From: Fimicolochytrium jonesii
Taxonomy: Eukaryota
DNA length: 64,000 bases
NCBI RefSeq assembly: GCF_025526975.1
Contig: NW_026515679.1
Location: 1 to 64,000 of the forward strand
Direction of reading: 5' to 3'
The position numbers were made by a program, and so were the translations under genes. Below the pieces are notes generated by a model, which had not been told where the DNA came from, searched no databases, and saw nothing but the letters and a program-made list of their open reading frames with translations. Shown here in pieces: positions 11,404 to 20,515 of this stretch (the stretch's first letter is position 1; every line of letters starts with the position of its first letter).

Positions 11404-11452
11404 TGGATCAGTGCATAGCATAAACCATTGGTTTATGCTATGCACTGATCCA
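11404..11452. repeat. Perfect palindrome/hairpin at the virus-host junction (24-bp arms, 1-nt centre)
   Basis: TGGATCAGTGCATAGCATAAACCA-T-TGGTTTATGCTATGCACTGATCCA; the arms are exact reverse complements. Confidence 0.97.
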
Positions 11453-11743
11453 ACGGGGATGGAGACAGTACTGACTTTAGTGACATTCCCCTTCCTTGCC
11501 TCCCCATAGATTCGCATTGGATGGCCTGGGAGCGTGCACGACAGCCATGTGTTGGCAAACTCCAGACTTAGGCTAGGCCTTTGTGCCGGCACGCTTCTCC
11601 CTTCAGACTTCTTCCTTGTTGGAGACTCGGGCTACGCGCTGAAGCCATACATGTTGGTCCCGTACAAAGGCCTCGTATTGCCGACTGAGCGGCAGCAGAA
11701 CTTCAATTTCTCTCAGTCTTCGATCCGCATCATCGTCGAGCAG

Positions 11744-12018
11744 TGTCGGGGATATCTCATCTTCACTTGTATTTCATATTATATCTCTTTACTTCTACTT
11801 GATCCGAGACCCGGGCTGGCCACCCGAGCTCTCGGTGATACATTACATAAGGCGTCAAGCCTCACTGAAGCCACGCAAGCCCCACTGGCAGCCCATATAT
11901 AAAGCTGTCAGTCGAGCGGCCGCTGCAAAGAGCTTCTTACTTTTTTCTTCACTACAATACACTGCTCTCAGCCCTCTCAGAAGGGCCCAATATTGTCTAC
12001 GTTTCCTCTGACGTTACA
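11744..12018 (+). repeat. LTR copy 1 (275 bp)
   Basis: TGTCGGGGATATC...TGACGTTACA; near-identical to the other two copies. Confidence 0.97.
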
Positions 12019-12175
12019 TGGTAGCACCACCTACCGCTAGCATCACCAAGACATTACTCGTCAACGTTGCCCCTCTACCGGACGTCGCCCTTACACTCGT
12101 TCACAAGCAAGAATGGACCAACAAACTCAAGCTATCGTTGCGGCTGTCGCAGCTGCTTTCGCTACTCGGGAGCGT

Positions 12176-12450
12176 TGTCGGGGATATCTCATCTTCACTT
12201 GTATTTCATATTATATCTCTTTACTTCTACTTGATCCGAGACCCGGGCTCGCCACCCGAGCTCTCGGTGATACATTACATAAGGCGCCAAGCCTCATTGA
12301 AGCCACGCAAGCCCCACTGGCAGCCCATATATAAAGCTGTCAGTCGAGCGGCCGCTGCGAAGAGCTTCTTACTTCTTTCTTCACTACAATACACTGCTCT
12401 CAGCCCTCTCAGAAGGGCCCAATATTGTCTACGTTTCCTCTGACGTTACA
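12176..12450 (+). repeat. LTR copy 2 (275 bp)
   Basis: Same termini; followed by the PBS and the complete internal region. Confidence 0.97.
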
Positions 12451-12544
12451 TGGTAGCACCACCTACCGCTAGCATCACCAAGACATTCCTCGTCAACGTC
12501 GCCCTTCTACCGGACGTTGCCCTTACACTCGTGCACAAGCAAGA

Positions 12545-13879
12545 ATGGACGCACAGACTCAAGCTATCGTTGGGGCTGTCGCAGCTGCTCTCGCTACTCG
12601 GGAGCGTGCTGTTACGCAAGACACCCAACGAGCCGAACGCTTCAGACTTCTTATGGACGCTCGCAAGAACAAGCTCGTCGAATACGATGGCGCCAAAGCT
12701 GCCAAAACGATCGAAGAATTCGTTACGTTCCACCACAACTTTCTCGAGTCTCTCACTGTCCCGGCTGTAGCGGCTGAAACAGACGGTGCTGGAGCTGCCA
12801 ATGCCATACCCTTTACTATGGCAGAGTACGCCCCTACGCTCACTACCTACCTCAAGGGTACTGCTCTCGAGTGGTACAATCCGACTTACGCCTCCCGCGC
12901 TCCCGCAAGTTCGTCAGCTTTCGAACGGCTCTTGTTGCTCACTTCTATCCTCGCAACTTGCGTAATACTATTGAGCTCAAGCTCTCCGGTCTCAAGCTCG
13001 GTGACTCTCTTGAAAAATATATCAAAAAGTTTCAAGGCACCAATAATGAGCTCGAAGCCGCTCATTGTCTCGATAACACTCAAGGCACCATTCCCCTCAT
13101 CGATCAGATTCGATAATTCAAGGCCGGTCTTCTCAAGAATACGGTAATCGGTCATTATCTTGCTGAAGCCGTTACGAACTTCAAAGTCTCGGGCACTACC
13201 AATATCAACACTCCTATCACTCTCGATCAAGCCATCACTGCAGCTCGTCGTGCTCATGTGGCTCACGGGTTCACTGACGGCAACCAAGCCACTACGCCTC
13301 GTCCAATTGCCTCGGCATCGAGTGCTCGTGGCGGCTATGGAGCCAGCCGTGGTCGAGGTAGTCGTGGCGGTGGTCGTGGCGGACGATTGCCCCTTACACC
13401 AATCCTCGAATTACGGAATTCGAGCAAGATTAGATGATATGACCTTTGGGCTCAATGCCCTCGGAACGCCATACTACTCCCCTGGAGTGAGCCCTCTCAC
13501 TACAGGTCAAGTTCCCTACCAACGTCAACAGCCCTTTCGTCGGCGTGGACAATGGCAAACTACTCACGTTCCTTGTCAACGTCCAACGACTCCTTGTTCC
13601 CTTTGTAACAAAATGGGACATTGGAGAGTTGAATGCTGGTCAAATCCCCAAAATCGACAGCAAGGCTCGCAAACCCAGAACCGACGCGGCGGTTTTTGAC
13701 AGCGCGGTCGTGGCGCTCAAACTCCGCAGCGCAGTCGCCAACCTAATCAACAACAAGGTTCAGCCAATCAGGTTGATGCTGGGTCACGCATTACGGAAAT
13801 TCTCGATGACGCAGTCAATTCTGCGAATACTACAAATACTACTACAAATCAATCTTCGAGTTTTTTCCAAGGTCGATAG
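12545..13879 (+). pseudogene. gag: Retrotransposon gag, disrupted
   Basis: YLKGTALEWY capsid-type motif, RGG-rich stretch and zinc knuckle CSLCNKMGHWRVEC. Frameshifts at ~12920 and ~13390-13435; stops at 13114 and 13697; natural TAG at 13877-13879. Confidence 0.85.
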
Positions 13880-16800
13880 AGCCCCTCGGTAGCTCTGCTC
13901 GGCCTACAACATATGCTCCTACCGATAAACCTGCCTTCGAACCACTGTCTGCTGGACTCTGGGTCTCTCATTGTCGCATCGGAAACAAGTTTGCTCGTGT
14001 TCTTTTCGATAGCGGCGCAACTGGGTTATTCCTTGACAAGACATTCGTTGAAAAGCACAAATTCCCCAAGAAACGTATCGAACCGAAGCAGATATGGCTG
14101 GCCGACAAAGAATCATACATGATTCTCGACACGGTCGTTTCGGAAAAGTTAGATCTATGGGATCTTGAATCTCAGTCGCTTTTCTTAGTTGGACAACTTC
14201 CCTGGCTAGTCAGTAATCTGGCTTACGACGCTATTATTGGAATGCCTTTCTGGCGTTTCTTTAATTACGCTGAACAATTCTCGATGAGTACCTTACCTAT
14301 CCTTCGCTGGACCAATTACGGCCCTATACCAAACGCACCGCAGTCTGTCACCATCAGATGCGAAAGAACTCCAAGAAACTGGGAAGATGTCGAATATATC
14401 CCGAAACACAACAACCCTTACTTCGATGTACAACGAGATCCGGTCTATGATAAAAGACCCGTTCGACCTGTTCAGATCATTAAACCTGTGGATACTCGTC
14501 CTCTACAAGCCGCACCTCATTATGTATCTCGATTCGCTCAAGCCAATGCTCTTCGCAATCCTCAAGTCATAGAAATGACTTCCAAGCGATTCAATAAGGC
14601 TTGGCGACGGAACAAGTTTGAAAAAGACACGGTCTGTTGTCTCGCTCTTAACAAAATACCGCACGCTCCTCAAGAGCTTAAAGGAAATCCAGGACATCTC
14701 AAGGATATCCTAAATAAATACGTCAATACTCTCTTCAAGGAACCGGAAGGTCTACCCCCTGATTGCGGAGAAGATAATTTCAAGATCGAACTCACTGAAG
14801 GTGCTGAACCTGTTTGGCAACCTCTTCGGCACATGAACAAAGAAGAACTCGCTGAACTCAAGAAACAAATCACCTCGATGCTCGAAAAAGGATGGATACA
14901 GCACTCCTCAAGTCCCTGGGGAGCTAGTGTCGTCTTTGCGAAAAAGAAAGATGGCGGATTACGCATCTGTTGGGACTACCGAGGTCTCAACGCCGTCACC
15001 AAAAAAGATCGCACTCCTTTACCCAAAATTCGTGAGATGAGGGATCGGATTCAAGGTTGTAAATGGTTTACGCTTATCGATATTCGAGAAGCATACCATC
15101 GTTTTCTTATACAAAAACAAGATCGAGAAAAAACGGCAATACGAACTCGCTTCGGACATTTCGAGTATTTGGTCATGCCATTCGGGCTTACCAACGCACC
15201 TGCTGCATTTCAACGTCTTATGAATAAGATCTTCCATAAAGATTACGATGAATTCCTCGCTACCTACCTGGACGACATTTTCATTTTCTCGAAGACCTTA
15301 GCCGAACATCGGGAACACGTCGATCGTATCCTGAAGAAACTTGAAGAACACGCCCTTTTCATCAAGCCTTCAAAGTGCGTATGGGCTACAGAAGAACTTG
15401 AATGGTGTGGACATATTGTCGGAAGACATGGTGTTCGCATCGCGCCCTCGAAAATCCAAGCTATCAAGGATTGGGCTACTTCAAAGTCAACAAAAGGAGT
15501 TCAAAGCTTTCTCGGGTTCACAAATTACTTCCTCGACTTTGTACAAGGTTATTCGGACATCGCTCTGCCCCTATCGAGTATTCAATCTTCGAAAGTCAAA
15601 TTTCGATGGGGTCCTGAGCAGCAAAAGGCATTTCAAAAGTTGAAAGAAGTGTTGATCAATGCGCCTACGCTAGCAACCGTCGACGAAACCAAGCCGATTT
15701 ACGTCTATACCGACTCATCAGGCTACGCTATTGCTGGCTGGATTGGACAACCTCCTGGCGATGAAACGATCCCTACGAATCTGCCTACTCTCGTCGGACA
15801 ATGGAAGAAGTTACCTCGGCTCCGGCCTGTGGTCTTCTTTTCTAGAAAGATGAAAGACGCAGAAACTCGATATCCTACGCACAAACAGGAGCTTTTAGCT
15901 CTTGTTAAGATGTTGGTCGCCAACCGACCATATCTCATTGGTCGTTACTTCCGATGTTTTAGCGATCACAAGGGACTCGAATTCATCCAAACACAACCCC
16001 ATTTGAGCAGAAGACAAGCCAATTGGGTGGAGAAGCTACAAGAGTATGATTTTGACATCCAGTATTTACCTGGACGATGGAATCATATCGCCGACATGCT
16101 CTCCCGCAATCCAATCTATGCGCCTCGGTGTGTAGATTGTCAACGACGCCTCGACATGCATACGCAGATCGGCAACATGCTTGTCAACGAACCTTCCTCC
16201 AACGCTACGACAGACAATCTACAAAACTCACCTACCTGCTCAGAAGAAGAATGGAAAAAAGCGCTATGCAAAGATCCATATTCGGATTATCTCGATGAAA
16301 TTTCTCGAAAACCTCAACACAAGAAAACTTCGAAAGAACTCCGTTATACGTTCGAAAATGGATTAGTACGAAACCAAGGAGGTCTATACATTCCTGAAGA
16401 CATTCGCCCGAAGATTTTGCGGAAAGTCCATGACGAACTCGCCACCGGAGGACATCTCGGGGTTAAGAACACTCTCGCGAGAATTCTTATGGACTATTAC
16501 TGGCCGACCGTACGCTCCAACGTCATCAAATACGTTGGAACTTGCCAATCCTGTCGACAATTCAAACCTGGTCATCGTCGATATGGATTTCTTCGACCTC
16601 TTCCTATACCTTTTGGAAGATGGCACACGGCCGGATTCGACATTTTTGAAGTAGATGAGACAAACTCTTGTCTCGTCTGCATTGATTACCTTTCCGGACA
16701 TGTGATTCTGACACCGATCAAGAAGACAATCACTGGACGCAAACTAGCCCAAGTCTTCCTAGATCATGTTTGGAAACATGTCGGTACGCCAAAAGTCTTC

Positions 16801-17721
16801 GTTACGGATCGCGAACCTCGCGCACTTTCCGACTTCTTCATTGCATTCGACATCCTCCTCGGTGTAAAACACGAATTTGCTACAGCTCGTCATCAGCAAA
16901 CTGACGGCAAAGTTGAGCAAGCTATCCAAACCCTGAAAAGGATTTGGAAGCAATACCTCAACTACGACAAAAGCAATTGGAAGAAACTATTGCCTTTAAT
17001 TGAATTCGCATACAATACCGCTCCGAGGGAGGAATATGAAGGTTTATCGCCATTCGAAGTAGACCTCGGACGCTCTCCAATCCTCCCGGGTTGGAATCCA
17101 ACACTCGAAGGACAAGAACTCAAACTTCGAGCTGTAGATCGAAAGGAAATCGAACTCTTCAAGAAAGGGCAGGAAGATATCGCCCGTATCGTGCGCAAAA
17201 ACCTTCAGAGATCGCAAGATCAATTCGCACGTAAACACAACAAAGGTCGAATGCCAATTGCATACAAAATTGGCGACCTCGTCGATGTAAATCGACAAGG
17301 AATCAACGTAGAAGTAGACGCTCGAAAAGGACTTCGATACTCAGCTACGTGGATCGGACTATTCGAAATCATCGCACAGGGAGCACATCCTGATACCTAC
17401 AAACTCGATTTATCACCATCAAAGATCAGCGGCATCTGGCCCGTCTTTCACGTCGATATTTTACAACCACATCGCGAAGAGCAATATCCGCAACGTGCAG
17501 TTCCACAACCTCCTCCAGCTATAGAAGAACTCGGACAACCTGAATGGGTTGTAGAAGATATCATCGACGAGCAACGCGCCGTACGAAATCTTCTAGTCAA
17601 ATGGCTCGGGTATCCTGACCCTACTTGGGATCCTGAATCCGCAGTTCGCTACACGCCTGCCTACAAACGATGGCGAAAAGCTCACCCACAATCATTGTGG
17701 ATACGAAGACGAACAGCATAG
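13861..17721 (+). CDS. pol: Retrotransposon pol (protease-RT-RNase H-integrase-chromodomain), open in the -1 frame relative to gag
   Basis: The frame is open upstream of the listed ATG 14119 and includes protease VLFDSGATG. RT MPFGLTNAPA and YLDD; RNase H YTDSSG..FSDHK; integrase H..GH..C..C and TDR..QTDGKVE; chromodomain EWVVEDII..LVKWLGY..TW. Confidence 0.96.
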   Translation, partial: FFPRSIEPLGSSARPTTYAPTDKPAFEPLSAGLWVSHCRIGNKFARVLFDSGATGLFLDKTFVEKHKFPKKRIEPKQIWLADKESYMILDTVVSEKLDLWDLESQSLFLVGQLPWLVSNLAYDAIIGMPFWRFFNYAEQFSMSTLPILRWTNYGPIPNAPQSVTIRCERTPRNWEDVEYIPKHNNPYFDVQRDPVYDKRPVRPVQIIKPVDTRPLQAAPHYVSRFAQANALRNPQVIEMTSKRFNKAWRRNKFEKDTVCCLALNKIPHAPQELKGNPGHLKDILNKYVNTLFKEPEGLPPDCGEDNFKIELTEGAEPVWQPLRHMNKEELAELKKQITSMLEKGWIQHSSSPWGASVVFAKKKDGGLRICWDYRGLNAVTKKDRTPLPKIREMRDRIQGCKWFTLIDIREAYHRFLIQKQDREKTAIRTRFGHFEYLVMPFGLTNAPAAFQRLMNKIFHKDYDEFLATYLDDIFIFSKTLAEHREHVDRILKKLEEHALFIKPSKCVWATEELEWCGHIVGRHGVRIAPSKIQAIKDWATSKSTKGVQSFLGFTNYFLDFVQGYSDIALPLSSIQSSKVKFRWGPEQQKAFQKLKEVLINAPTLATVDETKPIYVYTDSSGYAIAGWIGQPPGDETIPTNLPTLVGQWKKLPRLRPVVFFSRKMKDAETRYPTHKQELLALVKMLVANRPYLIGRYFRCFSDHKGLEFIQTQPHLSRRQANWVEKLQEYDFDIQYLPGRWNHIADMLSRNPIYAPRCVDCQRRLDMHTQIGNMLVNEPSSNATTDNLQNSPTCSEEEWKKALCKDPYSDYLDEISRKPQHKKTSKELRYTFENGLVRNQGGLYIPEDIRPKILRKVHDELATGGHLGVKNTLARILMDYYWPTVRSNVIKYVGTCQSCRQFKPGHRRYGFLRPLPIPFGRWHTAGFDIFEVDETNSCLVCIDYLSGHVILTPIKKTITGRKLAQVFLDHVWKHVGTPKVFVTDREPRALSDFFIAFDILLGVKHEFATARHQQTDGKVEQAIQTLKRIWKQYLNYDKSNWKKLLPLIEFAYNTAPREEYEGLSPFEVDLGRSPILPGWNPTLEGQELKLRAVDRKEIELFKKGQEDIARIVRKNLQRSQDQFARKHNKGRMPIAYKIGDLVDVNRQGINVEVDARKGLRYSATWIGLFEIIAQGAHPDTYKLDLSPSKISGIWPVFHVDILQPHREEQYPQRAVPQPPPAIEELGQPEWVVEDIIDEQRAVRNLLVKWLGYPDPTWDPESAVRYTPAYKRWRKAHPQSLWIRRRTA

Positions 17722-18093
17722 AGCATCTCATATCACATCACACGCGCGACGCCGCAAGAACTGCTCACTATCAATCACACCGCTGACAATAGCGACGTAA
17801 ACTACATCACATCACGCGCGGCGACGCAAGAACCGACCTTACACACACACATCACACACGACGTCGGCTTAGGGACGCCTTTGCCTCAAACACACACATC
17901 ACACAGTGCCTCAACACTATAAAAAATGAACAAGTGCGTCAACACTTTAAAATGAACATGAGCTCTCCCTTTCTTCACATATCCCTCGTAGTTCACCTCT
18001 TATTTATTCGGCGCCCTCCTCAGGATCTGAGGGAGGTGTCGGGGATATCTCATCTTCACTTGTATTTCATATCATATCTCTTTACTTCTACTT

Positions 18094-18255
18094 TGTCAAG
18101 GGAATCGTCCCGATCGCTTGGAACGCCCTGGAGAGGTGGTACAGTCACAGAAAGAAGAGAAAAATGTTTGGGGAAGGTAGGAATCGAACCCACGCCACCT
18201 GGGTGAGAGCCAGGTGTCTTAACCACTAAGCCAAAATGTGTATTTTCCCGTTACA
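18094..18255 (-). mobile_element. Unrelated 162-bp solo LTR containing a tRNA-derived sequence
   Basis: Ends TGTCAAGGGAA...TTCCCGTTACA (imperfect inverted termini, TG..CA); 5-bp TSD TACTT at 18089-18093 and 18256-18260; absent from LTR1/2. Confidence 0.9.
18169..18240 (-). ncRNA. tRNA-Glu(CTC)-derived Pol III cassette (not a functional tRNA)
   Basis: Minus strand: A box TGGCTTAGTGG, anticodon arm CCTGG-CTCTCAC-CCAGG, T arm GTGGG-TTCGATT-CCTAC (B box), then TTTTT. The acceptor stem does not pair. Confidence 0.85.
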
Positions 18256-19234
18256 TACTTGATCCGAGACCCGGGCTGGCCACCCGAGCTCTCGGTGATA
18301 CATTACATAAGGCGCCAAGCCTCATTGAAGCCATGCAAGCCCCACTGGCAGCCCATATATAAAGCTGTCAGTCGAGTGGCCGCTGCGAAGAGCTTCTTAC
18401 TTTTTTCTTCACTACAATACACTGCTATCAGCCCTCTCAGAAGGGCCCAATATTGTCTACGTTTCCTCTGACGTTACAAGCAGGCATTTGGACGGTTGAA
18501 AAATCGCTGGCGCATACTGCTGAAGTAGCAGCAGGAGCTGCCGGAGCTCGTTGCAAATGGCGCCCATGCCTGTATGGTGCTTCACAACCTTGCGGCTAAT
18601 GACGCCAATAGCGTCTACTTGGACAAATGGGGCTCCATCCCTCAGGAGACAGGCGTGGAGACGGCGGGTAGCTTATCAACATCCATGGAGACCGATGATG
18701 CTGAGGTGTCTGCAGCTCAATTGCGCAATCAAATTGCGGATGAACTTTGGACGGGTTATACGGGGACAGGGAGACAGCTCGTATCTGGGGGGTCTCAATA
18801 GTGCATGTATCTTGGCTTGAGGAGTTCATTCCCCACATCTTTGTTAAAACAACGTGTTGTGGAACTTGTTACTTTCTTCCCCTTCGCACACACCACTCGT
18901 TTTATAGACATTCAATCGGACGGTGTGCGCACACACACACACACACACACAGAAAAGAAAAAGGGGGGGTACGGTAACTATAAAAGGCAGCTGTGCCTGA
19001 AACGGGTTGTTTATAACACTCCCTCTCAGACTGCAGATCGAATTCAGTTGCCGTTGCCGTCGTAGTCGCTCTGCATTCTGATCTCATGGAACGTTCCGCT
19101 CTCAACTCCCGCGATCGATGGAGACAGCCCGGAATAGGGGCAGCCTCGCGATTCGCTCTATGATGAGAGAGCGTGTGTCAGGAGCAGTGGAGATGGCGGA
19201 GACAGTTTTCTCGGAGACAATGATGAGCTCACCC

Positions 19235-20267
19235 TCACGCAAATGCATAATCCTCCTCCTCCCACAACTCGGAGCCCGCTGTCTCGTCGCCACCAGATGT
19301 AGATCCGTATGACGACACGGACTCCGAGTGTGGGAGGCTGCTCTCCACCGACGTATACTCCTTGTCGTCATCCTCGGCGTCGTCGGAGGCCGGGGCGAAA
19401 GCCCGCACTTCATCTGCCTTCTGCTTTGCAGCGGCCAGGCGCGCTCTGTGGGCGTCGAAGAGGGGTGTGGTGTGGGCCTTCATCGCCTGGCGTGTTGCTG
19501 ATCCGCACGTCTCCCTCACTAGCTTCCCCAACGCCCGCCAGTGTCCCTCCTCTTCTTCAAGCGCGGCCAGCTCCTCCTGCGCCATCTCGGCCGCGTCATA
19601 CCCCTCCTCCTCATCGCCGGTGGTCGGGGTGGGCGCTGCTGCTGCTGCTGCGGCGGCTGCGACCCCTGCGATGGCGGCAGCGCGGGTGGGGCGGGTGGGG
19701 ATGGGGGCAGGGTTGAGAAGGGCGGAGATGGCGATGGGGTTGGGGATTGGGGCGGGGTTGAGGAGGCTGGTGATCGCGAGGGGGTTAGGGATAGGGGCGG
19801 TGGGAGCGGCAGCGGCGACGGGAGGCTGGGGGGCGGAGACGGGGGGCTGGGGGGCAGAGACGGGGGGCAGGGGGGCGGAGACAGGGGGAGCGGCGCCAGA
19901 GACGGGGGGCTGGGCGGTGGAGACGGGGGTTGGGATGGTGGAGACCGGGGTTGGGATGGTGGGCGGGCGGGGCGGGAGGTGGAGGGTGAGGTGCGTGGTG
20001 GCTGGGGCGGGGAGGGTGGTTGTGGGGACGACGGGTTTGCCCGGAGGGGCAGCGATGGCATCCACATATGCCTGCGCGCCCACACTTATTGCAGGCCGCC
20101 CTGGCTGTCTTGACGTTGTTCACAATGCCCGTTCGCCACGCGGCGGACGTCCGAGCCCCGCAAACAACGCAGACTCCTCCAGGAGCAAAGCAGGAGTAGT
20201 TTCGGTCGTCCCTACCCCTCCCTGCTCCAGCACCAGATTGAGTTCGGCGTGGGGGCGCTTTGGGCAT
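19235..20267 (-). CDS. GATA-type zinc finger plus Pro-rich/acidic protein inside the Harbinger element (one frameshift near 20080)
   Basis: From ATG 20267: CVVCGARTSAAWRTG..AACNKCG (CxxC..WR..CNxCG). Continues in the 19235..20083 frame with PPVSAP repeats and acidic helices. Confidence 0.6.
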
Positions 20268-20515
20268 GGTTGTTGTCGTTGTTGTCGATGTTGTTGTGTT
20301 GTCGTTGTTGTTGTTGCTGTGTCGGGGTGTGGAACTCGGCGTGTGCTGGGGTTGGAAGAAGAGAGCGCGAGGAGGAGGTCTCAGAGACAGGGACCGCAAA
20401 AGTAGGTAGGTTTGACAGTATTTTGACAGTGTAGGCATATAATAATGACGTCTAAATTTACATATAATGACCCTTATAGACATTGGAGACACTGGAGACA
20501 GTCTCTCTTCTATGC

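Larger units (their letters stand above)
1..11452. mobile_element. Endogenous Polinton-like (capsid-encoding dsDNA) virus, right-hand part; left part lies outside the window
   Basis: Compact, intronless, AT-richer gene block. It contains a capsid-like C-terminus, an adenovirus-shaft/tail-fibre-like giant ORF and small virion-type ORFs, then ~1.5 kb of non-coding repeats and a terminal palindrome. Harbinger intron sequence resumes abruptly at ~11453. No polymerase, ATPase or integrase gene lies in the window. Confidence 0.75.
11744..18478 (+). mobile_element. Ty3/gypsy LTR retrotransposon (chromovirus) with three LTRs
   Basis: TG..CA LTRs; 5-bp TSD AGCAG at 11739-11743 and 18479-18483; PBS TGGTAGCA after LTRs 1 and 2 (fits a tRNA-iMet 3' end); PPT GAGGGAGG at 18029-18036; gag plus PR-RT-RH-IN-chromodomain order. 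Confidence 0.97.
18037..18478 (+). repeat. LTR copy 3 (3' LTR) carrying a 162-bp insertion plus TSD
   Basis: 442 bp = 275 + 162 + 5; colinear with LTR1/2 on both sides of the insert. Confidence 0.96.
11510..18801 (+). pseudogene. Harbinger DDE transposase (DDE_Tnp_4-type), C-terminal exon split by the LTR element (coding 11510-11743 and 18484-18801)
   Basis: After an intron 3' end (CTGAC 11471, AG 11508-11509) it reads IRIGWPGSVHDS..FLVGDSGY..FNFSQSSIRIIVEQ | AFGRLKNRWRILLK*..ACMVLHNL. In-frame TAG at 18526-18528. Confidence 0.92.

Noticed and set aside
12018..12770. MVAPPTAS.. ORFs as genes
   Set aside because: The ATG arises from the LTR end plus PBS (CA-TGG); gag motifs are in another frame.
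18169..18240. Functional tRNA-Glu gene
   Set aside because: The acceptor stem does not pair and the sequence lies in a TSD-flanked insert; reported as tRNA-derived instead.
18930..18951. (CA)n tract, plus CA-rich repeats at ~17730-17910
   Set aside because: Ordinary microsatellite and retrotransposon 3' UTR low-complexity sequence.
19309..20405. Long + strand Gly/Ala-rich ORFs
   Set aside because: Antisense shadows of the GC-rich Pro-repeat gene on the minus strand.
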